A DNA stretch of 64,000 nt, taken from positions 2,095-66,094 of the forward strand of contig CAVGIV010000004.1 in the NCBI GenBank assembly GCA_963629395.1, read 5' to 3'. The notes under the pieces are model-generated. The model saw only the letters and a list, made by a program, of their open reading frames with translations, was not told the origin of the DNA and ran no database searches. This document shows, piece by piece, positions 28,353 to 38,429 of this stretch; position 1 is the stretch's first letter; each line of letters starts with the position of its first letter. Both the position numbers and the translations under genes were made by a program. The stretch comes from Paludibacteraceae bacterium (lineage in GTDB: Bacteria > Bacillota > Clostridia > Lachnospirales > Lachnospiraceae).

Positions 28353-29156
28353 ATGACTTCCAGAGAGGTCCTCGAGAAGGTACAAAAAGGCGAGCTATCA
28401 GCCGAGGAGGCAGAGCGTTTTTTTCAGGAAAAGCCGTATGAGGTTCTGGGCGAAGAGGGGCATGGATACGCAAGGCTTGACCTTCATCGCCAGGCGCGTT
28501 CCGGTTACCCGGAGGTTGTCTATTGCCCCGGCAAGGAGGATGCCTTCCTTCCGGACATTTTTAAAACGCTGTATGACAAAAACGGAAGAGTCATGGGTAC
28601 CAGAGCAAACGCGCATCAGGCAGAGCTTGTGGCCGCTGTTTTGCCGGAGGCTGTCTATGACCCCATCTCCCGAATCATAAGTGCCACGGCGCAGGAGACA
28701 GACGCTGCAGATTCGCACAAAAGCCTTGGCTGCATCGCCGTTTGCTGCGGCGGAACCGCGGATATACCGGTGGCAGAGGAAGCGGCAAAAACCGCAGAAT
28801 TTCTCGGGAATCATGTAGAGCGCTTCTACGATGTCGGTGTGAGCGGACTCCACCGGCTTTTGGCGCAGCTTCCGCAGCTTCGCCGCGCCAATGTGATTAT
28901 TGCGGCGGCCGGTATGGAAGGGGCACTTGCCGGCGTTGTGGCCGGTCTTGTGGAAAATCCCGTCATTGCACTTCCGACCTCCGTCGGGTACGGTGCGAAT
29001 CTGCACGGAATCTCGGCGCTTTTGACGATGCTCAATTCCTGTGCAAACGGCATCACGGTTGTCAATATTGATAATGGCTACGGAGCCGGATATGTTGCTT
29101 CGCAGATCAATCGCCTTGCCATAAAGGGCAATGAAAGGAGCAAATCAGATTCATGA
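28353..29156 (+). CDS. larB: Nickel-pincer cofactor biosynthesis protein LarB (PurE-like carboxylase/hydrolase)
   Basis: N-terminal RLDLHRQARSGYPEVVY plus PurE-like CCGGTADIPVAEEA and AAAGMEGALAGVVAGL. Confidence 0.85.
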   Translation: MTSREVLEKVQKGELSAEEAERFFQEKPYEVLGEEGHGYARLDLHRQARSGYPEVVYCPGKEDAFLPDIFKTLYDKNGRVMGTRANAHQAELVAAVLPEAVYDPISRIISATAQETDAADSHKSLGCIAVCCGGTADIPVAEEAAKTAEFLGNHVERFYDVGVSGLHRLLAQLPQLRRANVIIAAAGMEGALAGVVAGLVENPVIALPTSVGYGANLHGISALLTMLNSCANGITVVNIDNGYGAGYVASQINRLAIKGNERSKSDS

Positions 29157-29764
29157 AGCTGTATATCATTCGACACGGTGAAACATCCTGGAATGCCCGG
29201 CATCTGTTTCAGGGACAGGTGAATACCTCCTTGAATGAAAACGGTGAGGCACAGGCAAGAACCGCCAAAGAGCGGATCCGGCAGCTTGGAATTACCTTTG
29301 ATGCAGTATATTCCAGTCCGATCGACCGGGCTGCCAGAACGGTGGAGATTATAACCGGACTTCCCCGCTCACAGTTTATTCTGGATGATCGCCTGATGGA
29401 AATGAATTTCGGCTCTCTGGACGGAACCTCCTTTGACAAGGAATCACCTCTTGCAGGTCATCTGTTTGATCATCCGTCCGAGTATGTGGCCCCCGCCGGT
29501 GCGGAAACCTTTGAAGAAATGAAGCAAAGGCTTTCCTCCTTTCTCGAGGATATGAAACAAACACGGCCGGGAGAAAGTGTTCTTGTGGGGTGTCACGGGT
29601 GCGCAATGCGTGTTATTCTGGTGCTGCTTCACTATCTGGAGCTGGATGAAATCTGGAACCAGGGAATCGGCAACTGCAGCATCATTGAAGCAGAGCTTAC
29701 AGAAGAAAATGACTTTGTCGTGCGCACCATCCACGAGACGCAGGACTGGTTCGGCAGCAAATAA
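29153..29764 (+). CDS. Histidine phosphatase family protein (phosphoglycerate-mutase/CobC-like)
   Basis: LYIIRHGETSWN catalytic RHG motif and downstream GCHGCAMR. ATGA overlap with the larB stop. Confidence 0.85.
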   Translation: MKLYIIRHGETSWNARHLFQGQVNTSLNENGEAQARTAKERIRQLGITFDAVYSSPIDRAARTVEIITGLPRSQFILDDRLMEMNFGSLDGTSFDKESPLAGHLFDHPSEYVAPAGAETFEEMKQRLSSFLEDMKQTRPGESVLVGCHGCAMRVILVLLHYLELDEIWNQGIGNCSIIEAELTEENDFVVRTIHETQDWFGSK

Positions 29765-29782
29765 AGGGAAGGAGGAAAAAGT

Positions 29783-30856
29783 ATGTCGACATCCAAGTAT
29801 GTTGCTTATGTTTCTGCATATACCACTGCAACCAAGGATAACTTCGGCATCCGCATATTTGATGTGGATATGAAGGAAGGATATTTTTATGAGAAGGATA
29901 AGGTGGAAATCACCAATTCCTCCTATGTAACCATTTCCCATAACCAGAAATTTCTGTATTCCATCACAGACTTCGGCGTAGAGGCCTATAAAATCGTCAG
30001 AGGCGGAGATCTTGAGTTTATCAATAAGGCATCCATCAACGGTATGCGCGGTTCGTATCTTTCGACCGATTATACGGATTCCTGGCTTTTTGTCGCAGGG
30101 TATCATGACGGAAAGATCACGGTTCTTCGCCTGGATGCGGCAACCGGTGAAATCGGACAGATTACAGACGAGATCTTTCATAAGGGCATGGGCTCAGTAG
30201 CAGAGCGCAATTTCCGCCCGCATGTGCAATGCGTGAAAATGACGCGGGACAATAAATATCTTTGTGCCGCAGACCTTGGACTTGATCACACCAATGTCTA
30301 CGCGTTCAATCCGGTTTCCGGCAAGATCAAGCAGGTGGATATCATTCACGGAGAGCTTGACTCTGCACCGCGGCACATTAAATTCTCCAAGGACGGACGT
30401 TTCCTGTACATTGTCAATGAAATGAAGTGCTCCATTGATGTATTCCGATATGAGGAGCATCATGGAGAGCCGGATTTCGAAAAGGTGCAGTCGGTTTCGA
30501 CGCTGAACAATTATCATGCATCGGATGCCGCAGCCTCGGCGCTCAATCTCTCGGAGGACTTTCATTATCTTGTTACCTCAAACGCCGGCGATAATTCCAC
30601 TGCCATTTTTTCCATCAACGAGAAAACCGGAGAGCTTTCCAAGATTCTGTGCCTTCCGGTTTCCGGCGATTATCCCAAGGACTGCGCACTGTTCCCGGAC
30701 AACCGTCACCTGGTATCCTTGAATCATGAATCCAATACCATGACCTTCTTTACCTGTGATCTGAAAAAGGGACTGATTGTTATGAAGGGGAGGGAAATTC
30801 ATGTAGATAAGCCCAACTGCGTGATTTTCCATAAGCTGACGCAGGAGCAGGAGTAA
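29783..30856 (+). CDS. 7-bladed beta-propeller lactonase family protein (Pgl/YbhE-like)
   Basis: 357 aa with repeated beta-strand blade pattern. N-terminus YVSAYT...GIRIFDVD is typical of the family. Confidence 0.7.
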   Translation: MSTSKYVAYVSAYTTATKDNFGIRIFDVDMKEGYFYEKDKVEITNSSYVTISHNQKFLYSITDFGVEAYKIVRGGDLEFINKASINGMRGSYLSTDYTDSWLFVAGYHDGKITVLRLDAATGEIGQITDEIFHKGMGSVAERNFRPHVQCVKMTRDNKYLCAADLGLDHTNVYAFNPVSGKIKQVDIIHGELDSAPRHIKFSKDGRFLYIVNEMKCSIDVFRYEEHHGEPDFEKVQSVSTLNNYHASDAAASALNLSEDFHYLVTSNAGDNSTAIFSINEKTGELSKILCLPVSGDYPKDCALFPDNRHLVSLNHESNTMTFFTCDLKKGLIVMKGREIHVDKPNCVIFHKLTQEQE

Positions 30857-30859
30857 ATT

Positions 30860-31993
30860 ATGGCAGGATCATATTTTGGAAATGTTCTTCGAGTCACTAC
30901 CTTCGGAGAATCGCACGGAGCAGCGGTTGGCGCTGTGCTGGACGGCTTCCCGTCCGGCATGGAGCTTGATAATGAGGATATTCAGCGGTTCCTGGACCGC
31001 AGAAAACCGGGGCGAAACCGCCTTGCAACCCCCAGAAAGGAGGAGGATCTGGTTGAGATCCTTTCCGGTACCTTCGAAGGGAAAACCACCGGCACTCCCA
31101 TTGCACTTCTGATCCGCAACAACAATCAGAACTCAAAGGATTACAGTGAGATCGCAGACTGCTACCGCCCGGGCCACGCAGACTATACCTATGACTGCAA
31201 ATACGGCTTTCGGGATTACCGGGGCGGCGGACGCTCCTCGGCAAGAGAGACAGCAGCGCGAGTGGCTGCCGGTGCCATTGCCGAGAAGTTTTTAAAGGAG
31301 CTGGGCGTTGATTTTTGTTTTTACACGGCAGCCATTGGCGATGTCGTCATTGATCCGGAGCGGTTCGACAGGGATAACATCTGGAATTCGCTGACCGGTA
31401 TGCCGGACGCACAGGCGGATGCGCAGGCCGCAGCACTCATCGATGCCTGCCGGCAGGAGCAGGACTCCATCGGCGGAATCATCAAGGGAAGAATACGGGG
31501 CGTCCCTGCCGGGATCGGCGATCCGACCCTTCAGAAGCTGGACGCACGGCTGGCAGATGCACTGATGGGTATCAATGCCTGCAAATCCGTCGGAATCGGT
31601 GATGGAATGTTCGCCGCCTATGCAAGAGGCTCCGAGAACAATGATGCCTTCTATACCAATGAGGATGGCATCATCTGCAAGAGAACCAACCATGCAGGCG
31701 GCATTCTGGGCGGTATTTCGGACGGGTCCGATATTGTGCTGACGGCCGCCTTTAAGCCGACGCCGTCCATCGCACAGCCCCAGGAAACCGTCATGCAGGA
31801 CGGTACGCCCAAGGCACTGTTCATTCACGGCCGCCATGATCCTTGCGTTGTGCCGAGGGCTGTTGTGGTCTGTGAGACGATGTGTGCATTGACCATTCTG
31901 GATGCCATGCTGTCGAATATGTCAGCAAAGGCAGACAATGTCCGGGCGTTTTATGAAAGGAGTTCTCATGCCGCAACAGGATTATACGTATAA
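30860..31993 (+). CDS. aroC: Chorismate synthase
   Basis: FGESHGAAVGAVLDG, GRNRLATPRKE, RPGHADYTY, GGGRSSARETAARVAAGA. Confidence 0.9.
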   Translation: MAGSYFGNVLRVTTFGESHGAAVGAVLDGFPSGMELDNEDIQRFLDRRKPGRNRLATPRKEEDLVEILSGTFEGKTTGTPIALLIRNNNQNSKDYSEIADCYRPGHADYTYDCKYGFRDYRGGGRSSARETAARVAAGAIAEKFLKELGVDFCFYTAAIGDVVIDPERFDRDNIWNSLTGMPDAQADAQAAALIDACRQEQDSIGGIIKGRIRGVPAGIGDPTLQKLDARLADALMGINACKSVGIGDGMFAAYARGSENNDAFYTNEDGIICKRTNHAGGILGGISDGSDIVLTAAFKPTPSIAQPQETVMQDGTPKALFIHGRHDPCVVPRAVVVCETMCALTILDAMLSNMSAKADNVRAFYERSSHAATGLYV

Positions 31994-33119
31994 GATTGTA
32001 AATACCTGCGGAAGGGCCAAGCATGCCCATATGACCACCGTGCACGGCGTTATCGAAACGCCGGTGTTCATGAATGTAGCTACTGCCGGTGCCATCAAGG
32101 GCGGACTTTCGGCTTCGGATCTTCGCAGCATTCAGACGCAGGTGATGCTCAGCAACACCTACCATCTCCACGTAAGAACAGGAGATGCAACCATTAAGGA
32201 GCTGGGCGGCCTGCACAGATTTACCACCTGGGACCGGCCGATTCTGACCGACTCCGGCGGATTCCAGGTATTTTCACTGGCGCAGATCCGCAAGATCAAG
32301 GAGGAGGGTGTGACCTTCCATTCCCATGTGGACGGGGCGCGTATTTTCATGGGGCCGGAGGAATCGATGCAGATTCAGGCCAACCTTGGCTCCACCATTG
32401 CCATGGCCTTTGATGAGTGCGCACCGGCTCTGGCCGACAGAGAGTATGTTGCAAATTCCGTGGCACGCACCACCAGATGGCTGGCTCGGTGCAAAACGAA
32501 AATGGCGGAGCTTCGTCAGGAAGAGGATGCCGTGAATCCGCATCAGCTTTTGTTCGCCATCAACCAGGGGGCAATTTACCCGGATATTCGTGTAGAGCAT
32601 GCCAAACAGATTGCAGAAATGGATCTGGACGGTTATGCCGTGGGCGGTCTGGCCGTTGGCGAGACACACGAGCAGATGTACGGCATTTTGGACGAGGTGG
32701 TACCGCACCTTCCGCAGAACAAGCCCACCTACCTTATGGGCGTCGGTACCCCGGAGAATATTCTGGAGGCGGTGGACCGCGGTGTTGATTTCTTCGACTG
32801 CGTGTATCCTTCACGCAACGGACGGCACGGCAACCTCTATACAGATCACGGAACTCTCCATATCCGCAATGCAGCCTACGAGAAGGACATGCGGCCCATT
32901 GATGAGCACTGCGGGTGCCCGGTCTGCCGCGGCGGATATTCCAGAGCCTACATTCGCCATCTTATGAAGGCACAGGAATCCCTGGGACTTCGTTTCTGCG
33001 TCATGCACAATCTGTATTTTTACAACCACCTGATGCAGGAAATACGGGATGCCATTGATGCGGGAATCTATCCCGTATATAAGAAAAACAAGATTCAGGA
33101 TTTGCAGGGCACCCCGTAA
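31968..33119 (+). CDS. tgt: tRNA-guanine transglycosylase (queuine tRNA-ribosyltransferase)
   Basis: TPVFMNVATAGAIKG, LTDSGGFQVFSL, GYAVGGLAVGE, zinc motif CGCPVC...H. Start is the ATG overlapping the aroC end. Confidence 0.9.
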   Translation: MPQQDYTYKIVNTCGRAKHAHMTTVHGVIETPVFMNVATAGAIKGGLSASDLRSIQTQVMLSNTYHLHVRTGDATIKELGGLHRFTTWDRPILTDSGGFQVFSLAQIRKIKEEGVTFHSHVDGARIFMGPEESMQIQANLGSTIAMAFDECAPALADREYVANSVARTTRWLARCKTKMAELRQEEDAVNPHQLLFAINQGAIYPDIRVEHAKQIAEMDLDGYAVGGLAVGETHEQMYGILDEVVPHLPQNKPTYLMGVGTPENILEAVDRGVDFFDCVYPSRNGRHGNLYTDHGTLHIRNAAYEKDMRPIDEHCGCPVCRGGYSRAYIRHLMKAQESLGLRFCVMHNLYFYNHLMQEIRDAIDAGIYPVYKKNKIQDLQGTP

Positions 33120-33124
33120 CACCT

Positions 33125-33173
33125 GTAACTATTCAGAACCAAGCGATTTTGCGAATAGGCTCTGAATAGTTAC
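33125..33173. repeat. Copy 4 of the short motif, here as a 16-bp-stem hairpin (motif plus an inverted partial copy)
   Basis: gtaactattcagaacc ...17 nt... ggctctgaatagttac with one mismatch. It starts 6 nt after the tgt stop. No U-tract follows. Confidence 0.75.
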
Positions 33174-33249
33174 AGATGAAAAAGCTATGTTTTTTCCAAT
33201 GTTTGATGTATAGTAGATGAAAATTGGCACAATTTAGGAGGATCTTTCA

Positions 33250-33585
33250 ATGTCACTTATGTTTCTTAGCGCTACCGGCAGCTCCAGCATGATTGCGATT
33301 ATTTACATTGTCATTCTGGTTGCTTTTTTCTATTTCTTCCTCATTCGTCCTCAGAGCAAGGAGAAGAAGCAGAAGGAATCCATGCTTGCCACCGTTGCTG
33401 TCGGCGACAGCGTTCTGACTACAGCAGGCTTTTACGGGATCATTGTTGATATGAATGATGACACGGTGATCGTCGAATTCGGAAACAACAAAAACTGCCG
33501 TATTCCGATGCAGAAGGCAGCCATTGTACAGGTTGAGAAGCCGGAGGATGCTGCTGCAGAGGCTGACGATAAGAAGTCCAAATAA
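33250..33585 (+). CDS. yajC: Preprotein translocase subunit YajC
   Basis: One TM, then FLIRPQSKEKKQKESML..GDSVLTTAGFYG. Confidence 0.85.
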   Translation: MSLMFLSATGSSSMIAIIYIVILVAFFYFFLIRPQSKEKKQKESMLATVAVGDSVLTTAGFYGIIVDMNDDTVIVEFGNNKNCRIPMQKAAIVQVEKPEDAAAEADDKKSK

Positions 33586-33617
33586 TGCAGAGAGCATTCT
33601 CCACTTAGTCATGCAGA

Positions 33618-33655
33618 GCAGAAAGAAGGCGAAAGAGCCTTCTTTCTGCATATTA
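33618..33655 (+). terminator. Probable Rho-independent terminator after yajC
   Basis: GCAGAAAGAAGGC-gaaaga-GCCTTCTTTCTGC followed by an A/T-rich stretch (weak U-run). Confidence 0.5.
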
Positions 33656-33673
33656 TAAGGAGATTTAAAATTT

Positions 33674-34774
33674 ATGGAAATGAACATTGCCGTTATCAGC
33701 GGAGACGGAATCGGTCCGGAGATCGTTGCCGAGGCCAGAAAGGTTCTTGAAACAGTTGCGGCCAAATACGGACATACCATTCATTTTACAGACATCCTGA
33801 TGGGCGGGTGCTCCATCGATCGCTACGGCGAGCCTCTGACACAGGAAACCATTGACATTGCAAAGGCAAGCGATGCTGTCCTTATGGGCTCCATCGGCGG
33901 CGATGCCAAGACATCACCCTGGTACCAGCTTCCGCCCAGTAAGCGTCCCGAGGCCGGGCTTCTTGCTCTTCGAAAAGCACTCGGTCTGTATGCGAATCTG
34001 CGGCCTGCATACCTGTTCCCGGAGCTGGCTGCTTCCTGCCCGCTGGCATCCAAGGAGGGCGGCCGTAATTTTGACATGATTATTGTCAGAGAGCTCACGG
34101 GCGGTCTGTACTTCGGCGAGCGCTGGACCAGAGAGATTGACGGCGTAGAAACCGCCGTCGACACCCTTCAGTACAATGAAAACGAAATACGCCGCATTGT
34201 GAAAAAGGCCTTTGAGATTGCCGGCAAGCGCCGCAGGAAGCTGACAAGCGTTGACAAGGCAAACGTTCTGGATACATCCCGCCTCTGGCGTAAAATCGTC
34301 CACGAGATGGCAGCGGATTATCCGGATATTGAGGTAGAGGATATGCTGGTTGACAACTGCGCAATGCAGCTTGTCAAGAATCCAGAGCAGTTCGACGTGG
34401 TTGTTACGGAGAACATGTTCGGTGATATTCTCTCTGACGAGGCATCCATGATCACCGGATCGATCGGTATGCTTTCCTCCGCTTCGCTCTCAGACGGAAG
34501 CTTTGGCCTGTACGAGCCCAGCCATGGCAGTGCTCCGGACATTGCAGGACTTGGCATCGCCAATCCCATTGCAACCATACTCTCTGCAGCGATGATGCTG
34601 CGGTACTCCTTTAATCTTCAGGAGGAGGCGGATGCAATCGAAAATGCGGTGAAGAAGACACTGGCCGACGGCATTCGCAGCGTCGACCTTATGCCAAAGA
34701 ATTCGGAGGAGGCACAAGGTTTCATCTCAGCTACCTGTGCCGAGATCGGAGATGCGGTGGCAGAGAGGATTTGA
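33674..34774 (+). CDS. leuB: 3-isopropylmalate dehydrogenase
   Basis: IAVISGDGIGPEI, LRPAYLF, VRELTGGLYFG, NMFGDILSDEASMITGSIGM. Confidence 0.9.
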   Translation: MEMNIAVISGDGIGPEIVAEARKVLETVAAKYGHTIHFTDILMGGCSIDRYGEPLTQETIDIAKASDAVLMGSIGGDAKTSPWYQLPPSKRPEAGLLALRKALGLYANLRPAYLFPELAASCPLASKEGGRNFDMIIVRELTGGLYFGERWTREIDGVETAVDTLQYNENEIRRIVKKAFEIAGKRRRKLTSVDKANVLDTSRLWRKIVHEMAADYPDIEVEDMLVDNCAMQLVKNPEQFDVVVTENMFGDILSDEASMITGSIGMLSSASLSDGSFGLYEPSHGSAPDIAGLGIANPIATILSAAMMLRYSFNLQEEADAIENAVKKTLADGIRSVDLMPKNSEEAQGFISATCAEIGDAVAERI

Positions 34775-34939
34775 TTTGTTACTGTAAAAATCCCAGACAG
34801 CGTCTGCGCGTCAGTGCGAGCTTGCTCGCGCAAACGCGCAGCCACGAGGCAGCTGATTTTCACCTGTGGTGCCTGCGCGAGCAGGCAAATTCACGATGGA
34901 ACGATGCAGCATTGATTCTATACAAGAAAGGCAAGAGAT

Positions 34940-36619
34940 ATGCGCAGTGATAATGTAAGAGAAGGCATCCAGCAGGCTCCGCACCGGAGCCTTTTCAACG
35001 CCCTTGGCTTCACCAAGGCCGAAATGAAAAAGCCGATGATCGGCGTTGTTTGTTCCTATAACGAAATTGTTCCCGGCCACATGAATCTGGACAAGATTGC
35101 AAATGCGGTGAAGCTGGGTATTGCGGAGGCAGGCGGTGTTCCTGTCCTGTTCCCTGCAATTGCGGTTTGTGACGGCATTGCAATGGGACACGTCGGCATG
35201 AAGTATTCCCTGGTAACAAGAGATCTGATTGCAGACTCCACCGAATGCATGGCAAAGGCGCACCAGTTCGACGGCCTTGTCATGATCCCCAACTGTGACA
35301 AGAATGTTCCCGGTCTTTTGATGGCCGCAGCCAGGATCAATATTCCTACAGTCTTTGTCTCCGGCGGACCTATGCTGGCAGGACATGTAAACGGCAGAAA
35401 GCGTTCTCTTTCCTCCATGTTCGAAGCGGTAGGAGAGTTTGACTCCGGAAAAATCACAAGAGAGCAGCTTTCCGATTATGAGGAGAACGTGTGTCCTACC
35501 TGCGGCTCCTGCTCCGGCATGTACACGGCGAACTCCATGAACTGTCTGACGGAAGCGATCGGTATGGGGCTTCGCGGAAACGGAACGATCCCTGCTGTAT
35601 ATTCTGCCCGCATCCGCCTTGCTAAGGAAGCCGGTTATGCGGTTATGGACCTCATTGAAAAGAATATTCGTCCGAGAGACATCATGACCAAGGAGGCATT
35701 TACCAATGCGCTGACCGTCGACATGGCGCTTGGATGCTCTACCAATACGATGCTTCATCTGCCTGCGATTGCACATGAATGCGGCATTGAGCTGAACATG
35801 GAATATGCCAACGAGATTTCAGACCGCACACCGAATCTGTGCCATCTGGCTCCTGCAGGTCCGACCTACATGGAGGATCTAAATGAAGCGGGCGGCATTT
35901 ATGCGGTGATGAAGGAGCTGACGAAAAAGGATCTTCTGTATCTGGACGGCATGACTGTAACCGGAAAGACCACCGGCGAGAATATCGCGTCGGCAGTAAA
36001 CCGCAATCCGGAGGTCATTCGCCCGCTTGAGAATCCGTTTATGCCCAACGGCGGCATCGCTGTTCTGAAGGGAAATCTTGCCCCGGATACCGGTATCGTA
36101 AAAAGAAGCGCGGTTGCACCGGAAATGATGACGCATGAAGGCCCTGCCCGCGTCTTTGACTGCGAGGAGGATGCCATCAAAGCCATCACGACCGGACAGA
36201 TCCATGCGGGAGACGTGGTTGTCATCCGCTACGAGGGCCCTAAGGGCGGCCCCGGTATGCGCGAGATGCTGAATCCGACTTCTGCCATTATCGGCATGGG
36301 CCTTGGCTCTACAGTTGCACTGATTACCGACGGACGGTTTTCCGGTGCCTCCCGCGGCGCTGCGATCGGCCACGTGAGCCCGGAGGCAGCTGTCGGCGGC
36401 CCGATTGCTCTGGTAGAAGAGGGAGATACGATTCTGGTGGATATCCCGAACAATCGTTTGGAGCTGAAGGTCTCCGAGGAGGAGCTGGCAAAGCGCCGCG
36501 CAGCATGGACGCCCAGAAAGCCCAAGATCACTGATGGATACCTTGCACGTTATCAGGCTCTGGTGACATCCGGAAACCGCGGTGCAATTCTGGAGCTTCC
36601 CAAGGAGCTGCAGGTCTGA
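34940..36619 (+). CDS. ilvD: Dihydroxy-acid dehydratase
   Basis: [45 protein letters not shown]. Confidence 0.95.
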   Translation: MRSDNVREGIQQAPHRSLFNALGFTKAEMKKPMIGVVCSYNEIVPGHMNLDKIANAVKLGIAEAGGVPVLFPAIAVCDGIAMGHVGMKYSLVTRDLIADSTECMAKAHQFDGLVMIPNCDKNVPGLLMAAARINIPTVFVSGGPMLAGHVNGRKRSLSSMFEAVGEFDSGKITREQLSDYEENVCPTCGSCSGMYTANSMNCLTEAIGMGLRGNGTIPAVYSARIRLAKEAGYAVMDLIEKNIRPRDIMTKEAFTNALTVDMALGCSTNTMLHLPAIAHECGIELNMEYANEISDRTPNLCHLAPAGPTYMEDLNEAGGIYAVMKELTKKDLLYLDGMTVTGKTTGENIASAVNRNPEVIRPLENPFMPNGGIAVLKGNLAPDTGIVKRSAVAPEMMTHEGPARVFDCEEDAIKAITTGQIHAGDVVVIRYEGPKGGPGMREMLNPTSAIIGMGLGSTVALITDGRFSGASRGAAIGHVSPEAAVGGPIALVEEGDTILVDIPNNRLELKVSEEELAKRRAAWTPRKPKITDGYLARYQALVTSGNRGAILELPKELQV

Positions 36620-36699
36620 AGAAATAGTTGGAAAGGGTGTACGCGGCTTTACTTAGAGGCCGCATGGTTGGGCTGCCACAGGCAGCCCGGGAGAAATGC

Positions 36700-38406
36700 A
36701 TGAAGCTTAACGGTTCAGAAATCATCATCCAATGTCTTCTGGAGCAGGGCGTCGATACGGTGTTCGGTTATCCGGGAGGCGCGATCCTGAATGTATACGA
36801 TGCGCTGTATAAAAACAGTGACAAAATCCGCCACGTTCTGACAAGTCACGAGCAGGGTGCGGCCCACGCCGCAGATGGCTACGCCAGAGCATCCGGCAAA
36901 GTTGGTGTCTGCATGGCAACCTCAGGCCCCGGCGCAACAAATCTTGTGACAGGAATTGCAACTGCGTACATGGACTCTGTACCGGTTGTTGCCATTACCT
37001 GCAATGTAACGTTGCCGCTTCTAGGAAAGGATTCCTTCCAGGAGGTGGATATCGCCGGAATTACCATGCCGGTGACCAAGCACGGCTTTATTGTTAAAAA
37101 CATCAAGGACCTTGCACCCACCATCCGCAGTGCCTTCCGCATTGCCAGGGAGGGACGTCCGGGCCCCGTTCTCGTGGACATCACAAAGGATGTGACCGGT
37201 GCCATGGGCGATTATGAACCTATAACGCAGGAAGAGAGTTCTGCCGGAGCGCGCAAAGCGCTCTCACCGATTCGCGGCTGCTGCGAGGAGAAGCTTTCAC
37301 GCGCACTTGACATGATTCGGGAATCCGAACGTCCGTATCTGTATGTCGGCGGCGGTGCGGTTATCTCCGGCGCAAGTGATGAGGTTAGGGAGCTTGACCG
37401 GCTTCTTGATGCGCCTGTATGCGATACACTGATGGGAAAGGGTGTGTTCGACGGACACGATGCGCATTACACCGGCATGATCGGCATGCACGGCACCAAG
37501 GCCTCCAATTTCGGACTGTCCAGAGCTGACCTTGTCATTGCGCTCGGAACACGCTTTTCAGACCGCCAGACCGGCAATCCCAAGAAATTTGCCGAGAAGG
37601 CCAGGATTCTGCAGATTGATATTGACGAAGCGGAGATCAATAAAAATGTCAAAATTGATCTGGCCCTCGTCGGCGATCTGAAGGAAATCCTCGGCAAAAT
37701 CAACGCTGCACTTTCGCCGGTTTCTCACAGCGAATGGATGCAGGAAATTCAAACGCTGAAGGAGCAGTATCCTCTGACCTACGACCATACAAAGCTTACC
37801 TGCCCTATGGCAATTGAAGCACTGGATCGTGTTACGGAAGGCAAGGCGCTGATTACAACGGATGTCGGGCAGCATCAGATGTGGGCAGCACAGTATTATA
37901 CCTATTCGAAGCCTCGCACCTTCCTCACCAGCGGCGGCCTCGGCACAATGGGATACGGGCTGGGTGCCTGCATCGGAGCCAAGGTGGCAAGGCCGGACAA
38001 GATCTGTGTCAATATTGCAGGAGACGGATGCTTCCGCATGAATCTGATTGAGCTGGCAACAGCCAGCCGCTACCAGATTCCGATCATCGAGATTGTTATC
38101 AACAACCAGGTGCTCGGCATGGTACGGCAGTGGCAGACGCTCTATTACGGAAAGCGCTACAGTGCAACGGTGCTGACGGATGCGGTTGACTACTGCAAGA
38201 CAGCAGAAGGCCTTGGCTGCCAGGCGATCCGTGTTAGCAGCAAGGAGGAGCTGGAGCCGGCGCTTCGGCAGGCCGTTGCAGCAAATGGACCGGTTGTGAT
38301 CGAGCTGGTTATCGACGAGGATGATAAGGTGTTCCCGATGGTATCTCCGGGAGCTTCCATCGAAGAAGCCTTTGACGAGAAGGATCTGCAAAACAAACAG
38401 GCTTAA
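36700..38406 (+). CDS. ilvB: Acetolactate synthase large (catalytic) subunit; no small-subunit gene follows
   Basis: GSEIIIQCLLEQGVDTVFGYPGG, TSGPGATNLVTGIA, ThDP motif GDGCFRMNLIELATA...NN. The ORF-track start at 36628 is an extension. Confidence 0.9.
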   Translation: MKLNGSEIIIQCLLEQGVDTVFGYPGGAILNVYDALYKNSDKIRHVLTSHEQGAAHAADGYARASGKVGVCMATSGPGATNLVTGIATAYMDSVPVVAITCNVTLPLLGKDSFQEVDIAGITMPVTKHGFIVKNIKDLAPTIRSAFRIAREGRPGPVLVDITKDVTGAMGDYEPITQEESSAGARKALSPIRGCCEEKLSRALDMIRESERPYLYVGGGAVISGASDEVRELDRLLDAPVCDTLMGKGVFDGHDAHYTGMIGMHGTKASNFGLSRADLVIALGTRFSDRQTGNPKKFAEKARILQIDIDEAEINKNVKIDLALVGDLKEILGKINAALSPVSHSEWMQEIQTLKEQYPLTYDHTKLTCPMAIEALDRVTEGKALITTDVGQHQMWAAQYYTYSKPRTFLTSGGLGTMGYGLGACIGAKVARPDKICVNIAGDGCFRMNLIELATASRYQIPIIEIVINNQVLGMVRQWQTLYYGKRYSATVLTDAVDYCKTAEGLGCQAIRVSSKEELEPALRQAVAANGPVVIELVIDEDDKVFPMVSPGASIEEAFDEKDLQNKQA

Positions 38407-38429
38407 TAGCCCAAAAGGGGAGAGATATA

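Noticed and set aside
34775-34939. Possible T-box, attenuator or riboswitch leaders upstream of ilvD (also checked upstream of leuB, gltX, serC and argH)
   Set aside because: I found only local GC-rich hairpins (e.g. CTGCGCG...CGCGCAG). I could not find a T-box sequence, specifier-loop architecture or any recognisable riboswitch core. A covariance-model scan would be needed to exclude them.
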